Positions 1-8,770 of a DNA stretch of 32,000 nucleotides are shown here, piece after piece (within the stretch, counting starts at the first letter, position 1; each line of letters begins with the position of its first letter). Source of the DNA: Caedibacter taeniospiralis (GTDB taxonomy: Bacteria; Pseudomonadota; Gammaproteobacteria; Francisellales; Francisellaceae); contig NZ_PGGB02000009.1 in assembly GCF_002803295.2 (NCBI RefSeq), forward strand, positions 21,318 through 53,317. Direction: 5' to 3'. The notes under the pieces were generated by a model. That model saw only the letters and a program-made list of their open reading frames with translations, was not told the origin of the DNA and did no database searches. The translations under genes and the position numbers were made by a program.

Positions 1-14
1 AAACTGCACATTTA

Positions 15-266
15 TTGGAATATGCAGATAAGGGTTTTGTCTCCCCTGTATTAGTTGATAGTACCGTCCTGACACAGATCTATAATGGTGTCTACGGTTA
101 CCTTGGCTATCAAAATCTTTCTGATCAATATGACAAGCATTATAGGAACGAGTATATTGTTTTAGGTAATAAGAGTCAGGAAGGATTAAATAGGGATAAA
201 CAGGGTGCCTCGGGCCTCATGATAGATTTTGTATATCCATACACAAAATCGAATCGGCTATCCTCG
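15..266 (+). pseudogene. Hypothetical protein, 5' part of an ORF apparently interrupted by the repeat at ~267-643 (continues at ~644-1453)
   Basis: ORF 15..275 runs into the repeat and stops at once. Removing 377 bp (267-643) would join it in frame to the ORF at 644-1453. Confidence 0.45.
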
Positions 267-267
267 G

Positions 268-418
268 CGGTATAAATTTTGCCCGGGCCGCCCGCCTCAA
301 CGGTGCTTGTCCTCACAAATTCGCTACGCTCATTCCGAACAGACAACACGTTTCCGATTCTACTCTACGCCTTGGGTAAAAGCTTTTTCACAGACTTCGC
401 TCTGGCGCCTTCGGCACG
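268..418. repeat. 151-bp direct tandem repeat, copy 1
   Basis: cggtataaattttgcccgggccgcccgcctcaacggtgcttgtcctcacaaattcgctacgc...ggcgccttcggcacg; the same sequence starts again at 419. Confidence 0.95.
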
Positions 419-569
419 CGGTATAAATTTTGCCCGGGCCGCCCGCCTCAACGGTGCTTGTCCTCACAAATTCGCTACGCTCATTCCGAACAGACAACAC
501 GTTTCCGATTCTACTCTACGCCTTGGGTAAAAGCTTTTTCACAGACTTCGCTCTGGCGCCTTCGGCACG
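419..569. repeat. 151-bp direct tandem repeat, copy 2
   Basis: Essentially identical to 268-418. The ORFs at 279 and 430 encode the same peptide start (MPGPPASTVLVLTNSLRSFRTDNTF...) exactly 151 bp apart. Confidence 0.95.
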
Positions 570-643
570 TCGCTTGCTGATCAACAGCGCAAGGCTACCC
601 GGGTCTACTCGCCCTCGCGTTCCGCTATCCATGGCTCGCAGCG
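569..643 (+). repeat. 75-bp repeat unit, also present inverted at 31926-32000
   Basis: gtcgcttgctgatcaacagcgcaaggctacccgggtctactcgccctcgcgttccgctatccatggctcgcagcg matches the reverse complement of 31926-32000. Confidence 0.95.
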
Positions 644-664
644 GAGGTAGAACAGCACCATCCC

Positions 665-1453
665 ATGTTCCAAGAAATCAACTATGCTATAGAGCTTCTA
701 TATGATCAGTTGAGCAAATCTGCAGAGGTTGATATCAGTAAAATTGCACAGGCATTGGTTAATTCACGCCATATTAATTCAATCGTACGGGCTATAAAAC
801 ATTATGAAAATCATAAATTTAACGCGCTTTTGCCCAACAACCCTGACAATGCAGCGTTTAACGCCATCAACCAAAGCCTGCTGCCACTTTATACTTATTT
901 AAAAGATCACAATATCAAGCTTGAGAGCTTTATTGGTGACTTGAATAAAATGAGAATAGCCAAAGTTGAGTTGAACGAAAAACTGGAGAATTTACTTGAG
1001 CTTATAACAAACAATACAGACAAGACAAAAGCCCCACTGAATAGTTATCTTTACACCTATTACCAGGAAGGGACTGTTCAGGTTGGTGATAAACAGATCA
1101 AGGTATGTTTGCCAAGATGTGTTCTGGATGCGTATGATCCTGCTTCTGCTAGTAAGAATACGGGATCATATAATCTGCAAACAGTGGTCAACAATCTTAA
1201 AGAAGCCTTAGAAGAAGCTAGTGATAGTGTTCTCCAAACGCCCATCGCAAAAATTAACGACACGAGAAAGAGTCTGGATAAATGTTATGAGGTAGTCTTA
1301 AAAAAACCATTTAAAGAACAACTCGAGCATGATGGTAAAGTGCTATTTGAAAAGGCTCCGAACAACGAGTTAAACAAAGACTCGAAAAACATGGAGTGGC
1401 TGTTTTGTGATAATAACGGAAAAGAGAAGAATGTGAGTCTAGACAACGCATAA
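665..1453 (+). CDS. Hypothetical Lys/Glu-rich helical protein, 3' part of the ORF interrupted by the repeat
   Basis: 262-aa ORF (MFQEINYAIELLYDQLSKSAEV...). The frame stays open upstream of 665 through 644. No recognised family. Confidence 0.5.
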   Translation: MFQEINYAIELLYDQLSKSAEVDISKIAQALVNSRHINSIVRAIKHYENHKFNALLPNNPDNAAFNAINQSLLPLYTYLKDHNIKLESFIGDLNKMRIAKVELNEKLENLLELITNNTDKTKAPLNSYLYTYYQEGTVQVGDKQIKVCLPRCVLDAYDPASASKNTGSYNLQTVVNNLKEALEEASDSVLQTPIAKINDTRKSLDKCYEVVLKKPFKEQLEHDGKVLFEKAPNNELNKDSKNMEWLFCDNNGKEKNVSLDNA

Positions 1454-2723
1454 CAGGCAGATCACGTACCCTAAACTGCCAAGACAGTTTTCTGAAAATT
1501 CCTCTCACACCTGATTTTAGTGCCATTAGCCTTATGAATACTCGAGACCCTTCAGATAGGGGTATAAATCCCCACTTAGGCTTTTCTCTATCAAGCGGGA
1601 ACTTGCCCGCTACGCTGGCGAGCATCGTGAAAAGCACCTCGCCTGAGGTTGATTTTATATAAGGATGCGGATGGGTATAGCTATTAGCCTCAAGACTCTG
1701 TGCCGCTCCGCATAGCCCCCACTGATCAGTAATTCCCTTAAAATAACTTTCTTCAATCTTGCCACTGATTAATTTTGCATAAGAAGCATGAGTAACCCAG
1801 TTATGATAATTAATATAGTGATAGAACGCCCAATAACCAGAACCACCTATATCAGCATTGTTCCAGGTCATTCTTACGACATAAAGAGGAGCGGGGGCAA
1901 AGTGGCGCTGTCCTAATCTGCCCATAGCCGTCAAAATTTCCCGCTCTTCACTATCTCTATCCTCCCACGCTACATTACTATGAATAGTTTTATATGTGCT
2001 AAACGCTATCGAAATACCATTAGTGTTAATCGTAAAGCCATCTAAAAGGTCATTCGACACAGCACCCAGCTGATTTGGGCTTAGGCGAAAAAATGGCATT
2101 TGATAAAGATGTTCATTAAGCGACTCCTCAAACGCCCGTTTATTTTTGGCTTGCTCTTCTTCCAGCTTTATTTTCGAAAGTGCTAAATCCTCCTTATGCT
2201 GTTCCAGCTGATTATACAAAGTAGCCACCTTTTCACTAACCCCGTCAGTTTGATAGAGATACTTATTCAGAAATTCGTCAAACGCTAACACATGTTTGAC
2301 CTGTTCTTCTTCAAGTTTTCTTTTCGAAAGCGCTAAATCCTCCTTATGCCCTTCTAGCTGATTATACAAAGTAGCTACCTTTTGATTAACCTCGTTAGTT
2401 TGATAACGATAGTCACCCAGAAACTCATTAAATGCTAACGTATGCTTGGCTTGTTCCTCTTCTAGCTTTATTTTGGAAAGGGCTAAATCCTCCTTATGCT
2501 GTTCCAGCTGACTACGCAAGCTGTCTATTGTTTCCTTTGTGTCGTCGTAATAAACGGAGCTGACTGTTACATCACCACTGACTTCGAGATCATTTTCCTT
2601 ATTTTCTCCCACGATCTCATATTCATCACCAATCTCAGACCCTGGGTGGGCGAAAGCATAATTCGCTGTTGTTGGTATACTTAAAGCACACAAGCCTAAA
2701 CAGACGCTAAGCCTGACATACAT
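1311..2723 (-). CDS. Putative secreted/surface coiled-coil protein with internal ~50-aa repeats; C-terminal part resembles phage tail-fibre-like segments
   Basis: ORF track 1311..2834. Likely start is the Met of MYVRLSVCLGLCALSIPTTANYAFAHPG (signal-peptide-like). Three repeats of LEQHKEDLALSKxKLEEEQxK...; downstream YVVRMTWNNADIGGSGYWAFYHYINYHNWVTHA. Confidence 0.65.
   Translation of the reverse strand: MYVRLSVCLGLCALSIPTTANYAFAHPGSEIGDEYEIVGENKENDLEVSGDVTVSSVYYDDTKETIDSLRSQLEQHKEDLALSKIKLEEEQAKHTLAFNEFLGDYRYQTNEVNQKVATLYNQLEGHKEDLALSKRKLEEEQVKHVLAFDEFLNKYLYQTDGVSEKVATLYNQLEQHKEDLALSKIKLEEEQAKNKRAFEESLNEHLYQMPFFRLSPNQLGAVSNDLLDGFTINTNGISIAFSTYKTIHSNVAWEDRDSEEREILTAMGRLGQRHFAPAPLYVVRMTWNNADIGGSGYWAFYHYINYHNWVTHASYAKLISGKIEESYFKGITDQWGLCGAAQSLEANSYTHPHPYIKSTSGEVLFTMLASVAGKFPLDREKPKWGFIPLSEGSRVFIRLMALKSGVRGIFRKLSWQFRVRDLPVMRCLDSHSSLFRYYHKTATPCFSSLCLTRCSEPFQIALYHHARVVL
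2120..2520 (-). repeat. Three intragenic ~150-bp (50-aa) repeats encoding coiled-coil units
   Basis: LEQHKEDLALSKIKLEEEQAKHTLAFNEFLGDYRYQTNEVNQKVATLYNQ / LEGHKEDLALSKRKLEEEQVKHVLAFDEFLNKYLYQTDGVSEKVATLYNQ / LEQHKEDLALSKIKLEEEQAKNKRAFEESLNEHLYQM. Confidence 0.85.
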
Positions 2724-3205
2724 GCTCTTAACTTGACTCTTTTCGATAGATACTCCCTGTTGATCAAACCCATCCCGCAAATACCCTGCGCGATTACTCT
2801 TCTTGACTACTTCGGCGTCCTCGCACAATAACACCTCGACGACAGAGCTTCACATTGCCTGCACATCGACACGTAAAACCATCCAAAGACACCATGCGAC
2901 TTAGAGTACCAATGTAGGACTTAGGACTCTCAGCCACGACACCCGATGGTAGCACGCGGAATAAGAGCGAAGTAAGTAAATTAAAGTCATAACGAGAAAC
3001 AGAAGGCGTGATATGGTAAAGTTTCGTTTCGTGTAGTACTTGGGCTCTGGCTATCTTTCCGCCCATTACTAAGTGTGGGTTGTCAGTGTGACGGACACCG
3101 ATTACTCACACCGACACGCTTGGGCGAGTTATTTGCCCACTGATGTGCAACTTCGTGTCGCACGTGGAAATTTCGTCTAAGCCCTTTAATGTAATCCTTT
3201 TAGCT

Positions 3206-4603
3206 TCAGATATAGCAGGCTTTTGCAACCTGATTTTGGTACTCCACAAGTGCTTGCCCAAGTTCTTGATCAGCTGCTACACCCGATGCTAATAGGGTAT
3301 TTGTTAGGGCAACAATATCTGTTCCACCAGCTAACCTAAGGCGCAAAGCATCAGCGGAAACACCAGTTAATAAGCTATGCACGGTGATCACTTTGGTGGC
3401 ACCTGCATTCTCGACATCAATCAATCGCGCCCCACTTAGGCCGTTTAAAATCGAAATAACTGTACTGTTGTTAGGCGTTGTAGCTGTGGTAATTAACTCC
3501 CTTAAGCGGTCAATATTTTCAGGACCCGACCAGGTTCCGTGCGAGCCCGGTCCTGCCAAGTTGGGCGAGTCGTGCGCATTAGCTGACGTATTGTGCGTAA
3601 TTGCTGGCTGCCCTGTTTCCAGTATGGTTAAGTGACCGTCTAGTACTCTTGAATTCCCTGCCACCCCACTTGTAACACCATCCGCGATTAATGGATGGTA
3701 TTTGACTATGACATTATCCTGGTTGCCTGTACCTATCGGCACTAAAAGTCGACCTAACTTCTGCTGTGCAACAAAGTAGACAAGCGTATTACCACAACGC
3801 GTTTCCATGGCAAGTGGTGTATTGGTCACTTGACTATCGTAAGTGTGAATCAAAGGTACGTTAAACGGATATACAAATTGTGCACCCGTCGTAGCGTCTA
3901 GCCAAGCAGCGGCATCTTCCTCACTAATATTTGCCGTATGATAAGCAGCTTCCAAAAGCACGCCTATGTTAGCACCAGCTGCTGCTGCAACAGCAGCAGT
4001 GAGTGGATTATTGACAACCGACACGGGGATGGTTTGACGGACAACCTCTCCTGTTACGGTATTGGTCGCATCAATGGTTATCATCAGCTGCTCGGCGCGA
4101 TAGCCGTTTGCACTATCTAGTACGTGTCCTCTGCGAGTTAGCACATTAACAGTTAATTGGCAGTCAGCACCATAGTGCAGTGTTCTTCCAGCACAGGTAT
4201 TTGTAACAACGTCTATACCAACTGGAACAGTGAAACTAAGGCTATACGGATCACCACTGCCTACCGTCATCACTCCGCTTTGGCGAACATCAAGGGTGTA
4301 GGTATTTTGATTAATAGCCGACGCCAGTAATGCTTTTTGGTTATTCACATCGCTTGCAACATGAACTGTTGTTGGGGTAACCCCGCCAGCAGTGTCACCG
4401 CCACCTCCGCCACCGCATCCACTGAGACCTCCTGCTACAGCTAAAGTAGCTAGCAAATACCTCGCAGCATGTTTGCGGAAGCGTGTGACATAGTCGTAAG
4501 TTTCGGCATTACTGACCAGGCTTATGCACTTTTTTTTATCAACACCTTTAGCGCACTGCGCTAGAGATGAAGCGATTTTTAATTGATTTTTTTCTGCTTT
4601 CAC
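3206..4603 (-). CDS. Hypothetical putative lipoprotein/exported protein
   Basis: 465-aa ORF with hydrophobic stretch and lipobox-like YLLATLAVAGGLSGCGGGGGGDTAGG; Thr/Val/Asn-rich exported-type composition. Confidence 0.65.
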   Translation of the reverse strand: MKAEKNQLKIASSLAQCAKGVDKKKCISLVSNAETYDYVTRFRKHAARYLLATLAVAGGLSGCGGGGGGDTAGGVTPTTVHVASDVNNQKALLASAINQNTYTLDVRQSGVMTVGSGDPYSLSFTVPVGIDVVTNTCAGRTLHYGADCQLTVNVLTRRGHVLDSANGYRAEQLMITIDATNTVTGEVVRQTIPVSVVNNPLTAAVAAAAGANIGVLLEAAYHTANISEEDAAAWLDATTGAQFVYPFNVPLIHTYDSQVTNTPLAMETRCGNTLVYFVAQQKLGRLLVPIGTGNQDNVIVKYHPLIADGVTSGVAGNSRVLDGHLTILETGQPAITHNTSANAHDSPNLAGPGSHGTWSGPENIDRLRELITTATTPNNSTVISILNGLSGARLIDVENAGATKVITVHSLLTGVSADALRLRLAGGTDIVALTNTLLASGVAADQELGQALVEYQNQVAKACYI

Positions 4604-4624
4604 ATTAATTCGTCATTTGTTACG

Positions 4625-6370
4625 TTAATCAGTTGGATCTACCGTTTGGGTAATGCTGGTTTGCCTGACACATACCTTATGTAAAATAGCGTCAATGGTA
4701 TAAGGGATATGTTCTTTTTTCTGGGTGCGGCGACATTTATACTCGATCATATCCTCTTCCAGGGTTTGCTCCCCAATAATGAGCTGATGAGGGATCCCGA
4801 TTAAATCTGCATCGGCAAACATAATGCCTGCACGCTCCTTTCTGTCATCAAATAGAACGTCAAACCCTGCGGCACGCAAATCATTATGAAGTTTGGTGGC
4901 AACTTCAAACACTTTACTTGATCTGTGCATATTCATTGGAATAATTGCAATATCAAAAGGCGCAATTTCGCCTGACCAGATAATGCCATCTTTATCATGC
5001 GATTGCTCAATAGCTGCAGCAATAACTCGCGAGACACCAAAGCCATAACAGCCCATGATTAAATCCTGCTTTTTGCCATTTTCGTCAAGGATACTGGCAC
5101 CCATTGCTTTGGAGTAGTGATCACCCAGTTGGAAAATATGCCCCACTTCAATGCCGCTGGTTTGCTGGAGAACCCCCTTCCCATCAGGGGATAAATCTCC
5201 AATGACAACATTGCGGATATCAGCAAGCTCATAGCTTGCAATATCACGCCCCCAGTTGACGCCAAAAAGATGAAAATCATCTTCATTGGCGCCGCAGACA
5301 AAATCACTGAGCATCGCAGCACTATAATCAACAATGACAGGGATCGGAGCATTGACAGGTCCAAGTGATCCTGCGCTGGCTTTAAATACCACTTGAATCT
5401 CCTGATCACTGGCGAAAGTAAATGGTGCCGTAATCTGCAGCAGTTTTCCTACCTTGATTTCATTCAGCTCATGGTCACCTCGCACGACTAGTGCAAAGAG
5501 CTTATTATGGCTGTCTTTAATCACAAGCATTTTAACCGTTTTGATACTCGCAAGGTTAAATTGCTGACAAATATCATTGATCGTTTTGAGTTTCGGCGTA
5601 GCTCTTTTTTCTAATGCTTGGGCTGGCTTGGCACGCTGACTCAAATCGGGCTTTAAATATTCGGCCATTTCAATATTAGCCGCGTAATCACTTTGGTCAC
5701 TATAGCAAACAATATCCTCGCCAGCGGCAGCCAGCACCTGAAATTCATGCGTTTTACTGCCGCCGATGGCGCCCGCATCGGCGTTGACAACGCGAAACTC
5801 AAGTCCTATGCGTCGCAGAATATTACAATATGCCGTGTGCATTTTTTGATAAGTCTCTTCTAGACACTCGTAGCTGCTGTGAAAAGAATAAGCATCTTTC
5901 ATGATGAATTCACGCGCACGCATAACGCCAAAGCGTGGACGGATCTCATCACGGAACTTCGTTTGAATCTGATATAGATTCAGAGGGAGTTGCTTGTAGC
6001 TTTTTATTTCCTTACGCGCAATATCAACGATGGGCTCCTCATGGGTCGGACCATAACAGAAATCACGATGATGGCGATCCTGCATTTTTAGAAGCTCTGG
6101 TCCAAATTTTTGCCAGCGATGGGTTTCTTGTAATAGCTCAGCAGGCAGGATGCTCGGCATTAATATCTCGCAAGCGCCCGCCTTATCCATTTCCTCGCGG
6201 ACAATGGTCTTAACTTTTTGCAGCACTTTCATGCCCGTAGGCAGCCATTGATAAATGCCTGAGGCAAGTTTACGGATAAGCCCTGCTCTTAGCATGTACT
6301 GGTGACTGATCAGTTCAGCATCTTTAGGTGTTTCTTTTTCCGTGGCAAGTAAGGTTTGTGAGACTCTCAT
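4625..6370 (-). CDS. proS: Prolyl-tRNA synthetase
   Basis: 581-aa ORF with [71 protein letters not shown] and [26 protein letters not shown], typical of bacterial ProS. Confidence 0.97.
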   Translation of the reverse strand: MRVSQTLLATEKETPKDAELISHQYMLRAGLIRKLASGIYQWLPTGMKVLQKVKTIVREEMDKAGACEILMPSILPAELLQETHRWQKFGPELLKMQDRHHRDFCYGPTHEEPIVDIARKEIKSYKQLPLNLYQIQTKFRDEIRPRFGVMRAREFIMKDAYSFHSSYECLEETYQKMHTAYCNILRRIGLEFRVVNADAGAIGGSKTHEFQVLAAAGEDIVCYSDQSDYAANIEMAEYLKPDLSQRAKPAQALEKRATPKLKTINDICQQFNLASIKTVKMLVIKDSHNKLFALVVRGDHELNEIKVGKLLQITAPFTFASDQEIQVVFKASAGSLGPVNAPIPVIVDYSAAMLSDFVCGANEDDFHLFGVNWGRDIASYELADIRNVVIGDLSPDGKGVLQQTSGIEVGHIFQLGDHYSKAMGASILDENGKKQDLIMGCYGFGVSRVIAAAIEQSHDKDGIIWSGEIAPFDIAIIPMNMHRSSKVFEVATKLHNDLRAAGFDVLFDDRKERAGIMFADADLIGIPHQLIIGEQTLEEDMIEYKCRRTQKKEHIPYTIDAILHKVCVRQTSITQTVDPTD

Positions 6371-6516
6371 AATTTATGATTCAAAGGACGATAGGCGCTC
6401 ATATTAGTTCGTTTTTTCGGCGGGTTCAAGCAGATTTACAGAAAAACAGTTGACGCTTAGGTTGATAGCAAGGATATTAACGAGTTATTTAGTTTTTCAA
6501 TAGACCTGTACGCATA

Positions 6517-7170
6517 GTGATTGAGATATATATACTGAAACTTGCTTGTTTTGCTGAGCAGCAGGCAATGGCTGACCTGCCTGCGCAAATCACGCTTAAA
6601 GCCACAGAATTCAAGCTGGTAAAAAAACGAATAGAATATCTGGCTTCGCAGTGGCTGCGCCATAGGGTGTTGAGTCAATACCTGGACGGTAAGTCAGATA
6701 AATTGCGGTTTGCAACAACACACTCAGGACGACCTTATCTTCTTGACAGTGACATTGATTTTAATATCAGCCACACCACGGACTATGTGGTTATGGCAGT
6801 AGCTAAAGGGCAGAAAGTGGGCATTGATGTACAAATTAAAAAGGAAAAAATTGATGCCTTAGCCATTGCTAAGCAATACTTTGCAGAAAGTGAATACAAA
6901 GCATTACTCGCCGTGACTGACTTAACGCAAAGGAGTAATCAGTTTTATTGGTTATGGGCATATAAAGAAGCCAGCTTAAAACTTACAGGTGAAGGGATAG
7001 TCCATGGTTTGGATCGTTATGCTTTCGATGTAGATAGCAATGGAAAGCTTAAGTCAGTGATCCTTGCACAGCGAACTTTTACCTATTTTAGTTATGCTTT
7101 GGATCAAAACACACTGATGTGTCTTGCCTTTGAAAATAAAAATAGCCCGATAAACTTATGCTATTTGTGA
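6517..7170 (+). CDS. 4'-phosphopantetheinyl transferase (AcpT/Sfp type)
   Basis: KLRFATTHSGRPYLLDSDIDFNISHTTDYVVMAVAKGQKVGIDVQ and WLWAYKEASLKLTGEG match the superfamily's NxSHxxxxV, GxDxE-like and WxxKEAxxKxxG motifs. Confidence 0.88.
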   Translation: MIEIYILKLACFAEQQAMADLPAQITLKATEFKLVKKRIEYLASQWLRHRVLSQYLDGKSDKLRFATTHSGRPYLLDSDIDFNISHTTDYVVMAVAKGQKVGIDVQIKKEKIDALAIAKQYFAESEYKALLAVTDLTQRSNQFYWLWAYKEASLKLTGEGIVHGLDRYAFDVDSNGKLKSVILAQRTFTYFSYALDQNTLMCLAFENKNSPINLCYL

Positions 7171-7222
7171 ATATACAACCATTACGGTATAGTGCCTTTT
7201 GTTTTTGAATCAATGTATTTTG

Positions 7223-7786
7223 CCGATGAAGATTAATAAAGACGACATAGACATAATGGTTTCTCTGCTAAAAGAAAATAAGGTGCTGGCATTGCCAACG
7301 GAGTCGGTTTATGGCCTAAGTTCGGTGCTTGAACCCAAAGCAGTGCAAAAGATTATGATACTTAAAAAGCGTAGCCACAATAAGGGATTTATTGTGCTAT
7401 CAGGGGAAATAGAGCATTTACTGAGCGTTATTGATACGAGTCTGCTAAATGATATGCAGATTGCGAGACTCAAAAAAAAACACAACCGCGCAACAACCTG
7501 GATTGTACCAGTAAAGCCAGAATTTCGCTGGCTGACTGGACAGTTTGACAGCATTGCCGTGCGCCTGACTTCACATCCGCTTTTAAGCGAATTAACGCTG
7601 AAGCTTGATCGACCAATTATTTCAACGAGCGCAAATATTTCCGACATGCCTGCGGCAACTTCAGCAGCGGAGGTGAAAAAATATTTTGCCGATCAGGTTG
7701 ATTATGTTTATGTGCAAACTAATTTTGTTGCAGCTAAACCGTCGCGATTAATTAATTTATTGACAGAAGAAGTATTAAGGGATTAG
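7223..7786 (+). CDS. tsaC: Sua5/YciO/YrdC-family protein, probable L-threonylcarbamoyladenylate synthase
   Basis: ORF 7199..7786; likely start MKINKDDIDIMVSLLKENKVLALPTESVYGLSS; KKRSHNKGFIVLSG, RLTSHPLLSEL, PIISTSANISDMPA. Confidence 0.88.
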   Translation, partial: PMKINKDDIDIMVSLLKENKVLALPTESVYGLSSVLEPKAVQKIMILKKRSHNKGFIVLSGEIEHLLSVIDTSLLNDMQIARLKKKHNRATTWIVPVKPEFRWLTGQFDSIAVRLTSHPLLSELTLKLDRPIISTSANISDMPAATSAAEVKKYFADQVDYVYVQTNFVAAKPSRLINLLTEEVLRD

Positions 7787-7839
7787 TAGAGATCAAGCCT
7801 AAGCAATAAAAATCATAAATCATCATCCAGCGCTAGGCG

Positions 7840-8670
7840 ATGCTCAAATTAGTTTCTATACTGGGCGCTATTGGACATCAATACGGACTTAAATTAGGTA
7901 TGAAAAAGTTATTTGGTTCACTGGAAAAAAAAGGGAAAGGTATGAATGCAGATTCTGAATTGATGGGGAATAAGGTTCCACAAGAGAAGAAATCACCAAT
8001 GACCAGGCAGCAAAAATTAATGGTGCTTGGTGGTGTTATACTTCTGTGTATTTTGGTGTTTCAGCTGTTTACCATGAGCGATCAAAAAGAGGCTCAAGCA
8101 CAGCACCAAGCCGTGCAACTGCATATTGAAGATCAGGCAGGAGTAACCAGAAATACACTTGCTGATATTATTCATGCCGAAACCGAGCAGATACGTAGAT
8201 CAGCAGATGCAAAAGTGACTGAGTTACAGCAAATGATCCTAAATAACAGCACGGAAGTAATAACTCAGCTGCAACAATTGCAAATGAAGTTGGATGAAGT
8301 ACAAAAGCAAACCAAGAGTTTTGATAAACTCAGTGATGAGTTAGTGCAAAAACTTTCGGCAAAATTACAACACGCTCCCGCAGCCAAAGCAGGTATTGAA
8401 AAAACAGACAGCGTTCACACCATCCCTTTTGCCAGTTCAACTGCAGACAAACTGGCAACAAACTACCGAATTTATTCAGTCAATAGTTATGGTTTGGTGC
8501 TTCAAGCCGAAGATGGAACTTTTACAATTGCAAATATTGGGAAAGTATTACCAAATCTTGGTGAAATCACTTCAATGACGACCAATGAAGTGGTTGCGGG
8601 AGATTACAAAATCATTGCTAATCCTGCTGGATTTAAGGTCAATGAAACGGCTGCAATTTCTAACTATTAG
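7840..8670 (+). CDS. Single-TM coiled-coil protein with IcmG/DotF-like architecture
   Basis: Cytosolic N-term, TM segment (KLMVLGGVILLCILVFQLF), coiled coil, then a compact C-terminal domain NYRIYSVNSYGLVLQAEDGTFTIANIGKVLPNLGEITSMTTNEVVAGDYKII. Confidence 0.5.
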   Translation: MLKLVSILGAIGHQYGLKLGMKKLFGSLEKKGKGMNADSELMGNKVPQEKKSPMTRQQKLMVLGGVILLCILVFQLFTMSDQKEAQAQHQAVQLHIEDQAGVTRNTLADIIHAETEQIRRSADAKVTELQQMILNNSTEVITQLQQLQMKLDEVQKQTKSFDKLSDELVQKLSAKLQHAPAAKAGIEKTDSVHTIPFASSTADKLATNYRIYSVNSYGLVLQAEDGTFTIANIGKVLPNLGEITSMTTNEVVAGDYKIIANPAGFKVNETAAISNY

Positions 8671-8770
8671 TGGAGTAATACGGCGTATCAGATACTACAA
8701 TCAGACTTGTGCTGCGTGGTGAGTTCATGGATAATCGTGCCCATAAGCTTCTTCTGGATACACCTAAAAA

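Noticed and set aside
268-569. Possible CRISPR array in the left repeats
   Set aside because: Units are 151 bp, contiguous with no spacers, only two copies and no cas genes.
279-705. ORFs 279..530 and 430..705 (MPGPPASTVLVLTNSLRSFRTDNTF...)
   Set aside because: Both are translations of the tandem 151-bp repeat, differ only by where they exit it, and look non-protein-like.
2120-2520. Three regular 150-bp repeats on the minus strand as a DNA-level repeat array
   Set aside because: They are in-frame, diverged at the nucleotide level and encode coiled-coil units, so protein repeats explain them.
2794-3066. Minus-strand 90-aa ORF upstream of the coiled-coil protein gene
   Set aside because: Arg/Ser/Cys-rich low-quality composition, overlaps the non-coding upstream extension of the neighbouring ORF.
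5059-5409. Additional ORFs antisense to or overlapping housekeeping genes (for example 5059..5409, 8791..9051, 12019..12249, 13067..13396, 20878..21105)
   Set aside because: They lie inside strongly supported genes (proS, lpxC, ampG, SDR, clpA) and have no independent support.
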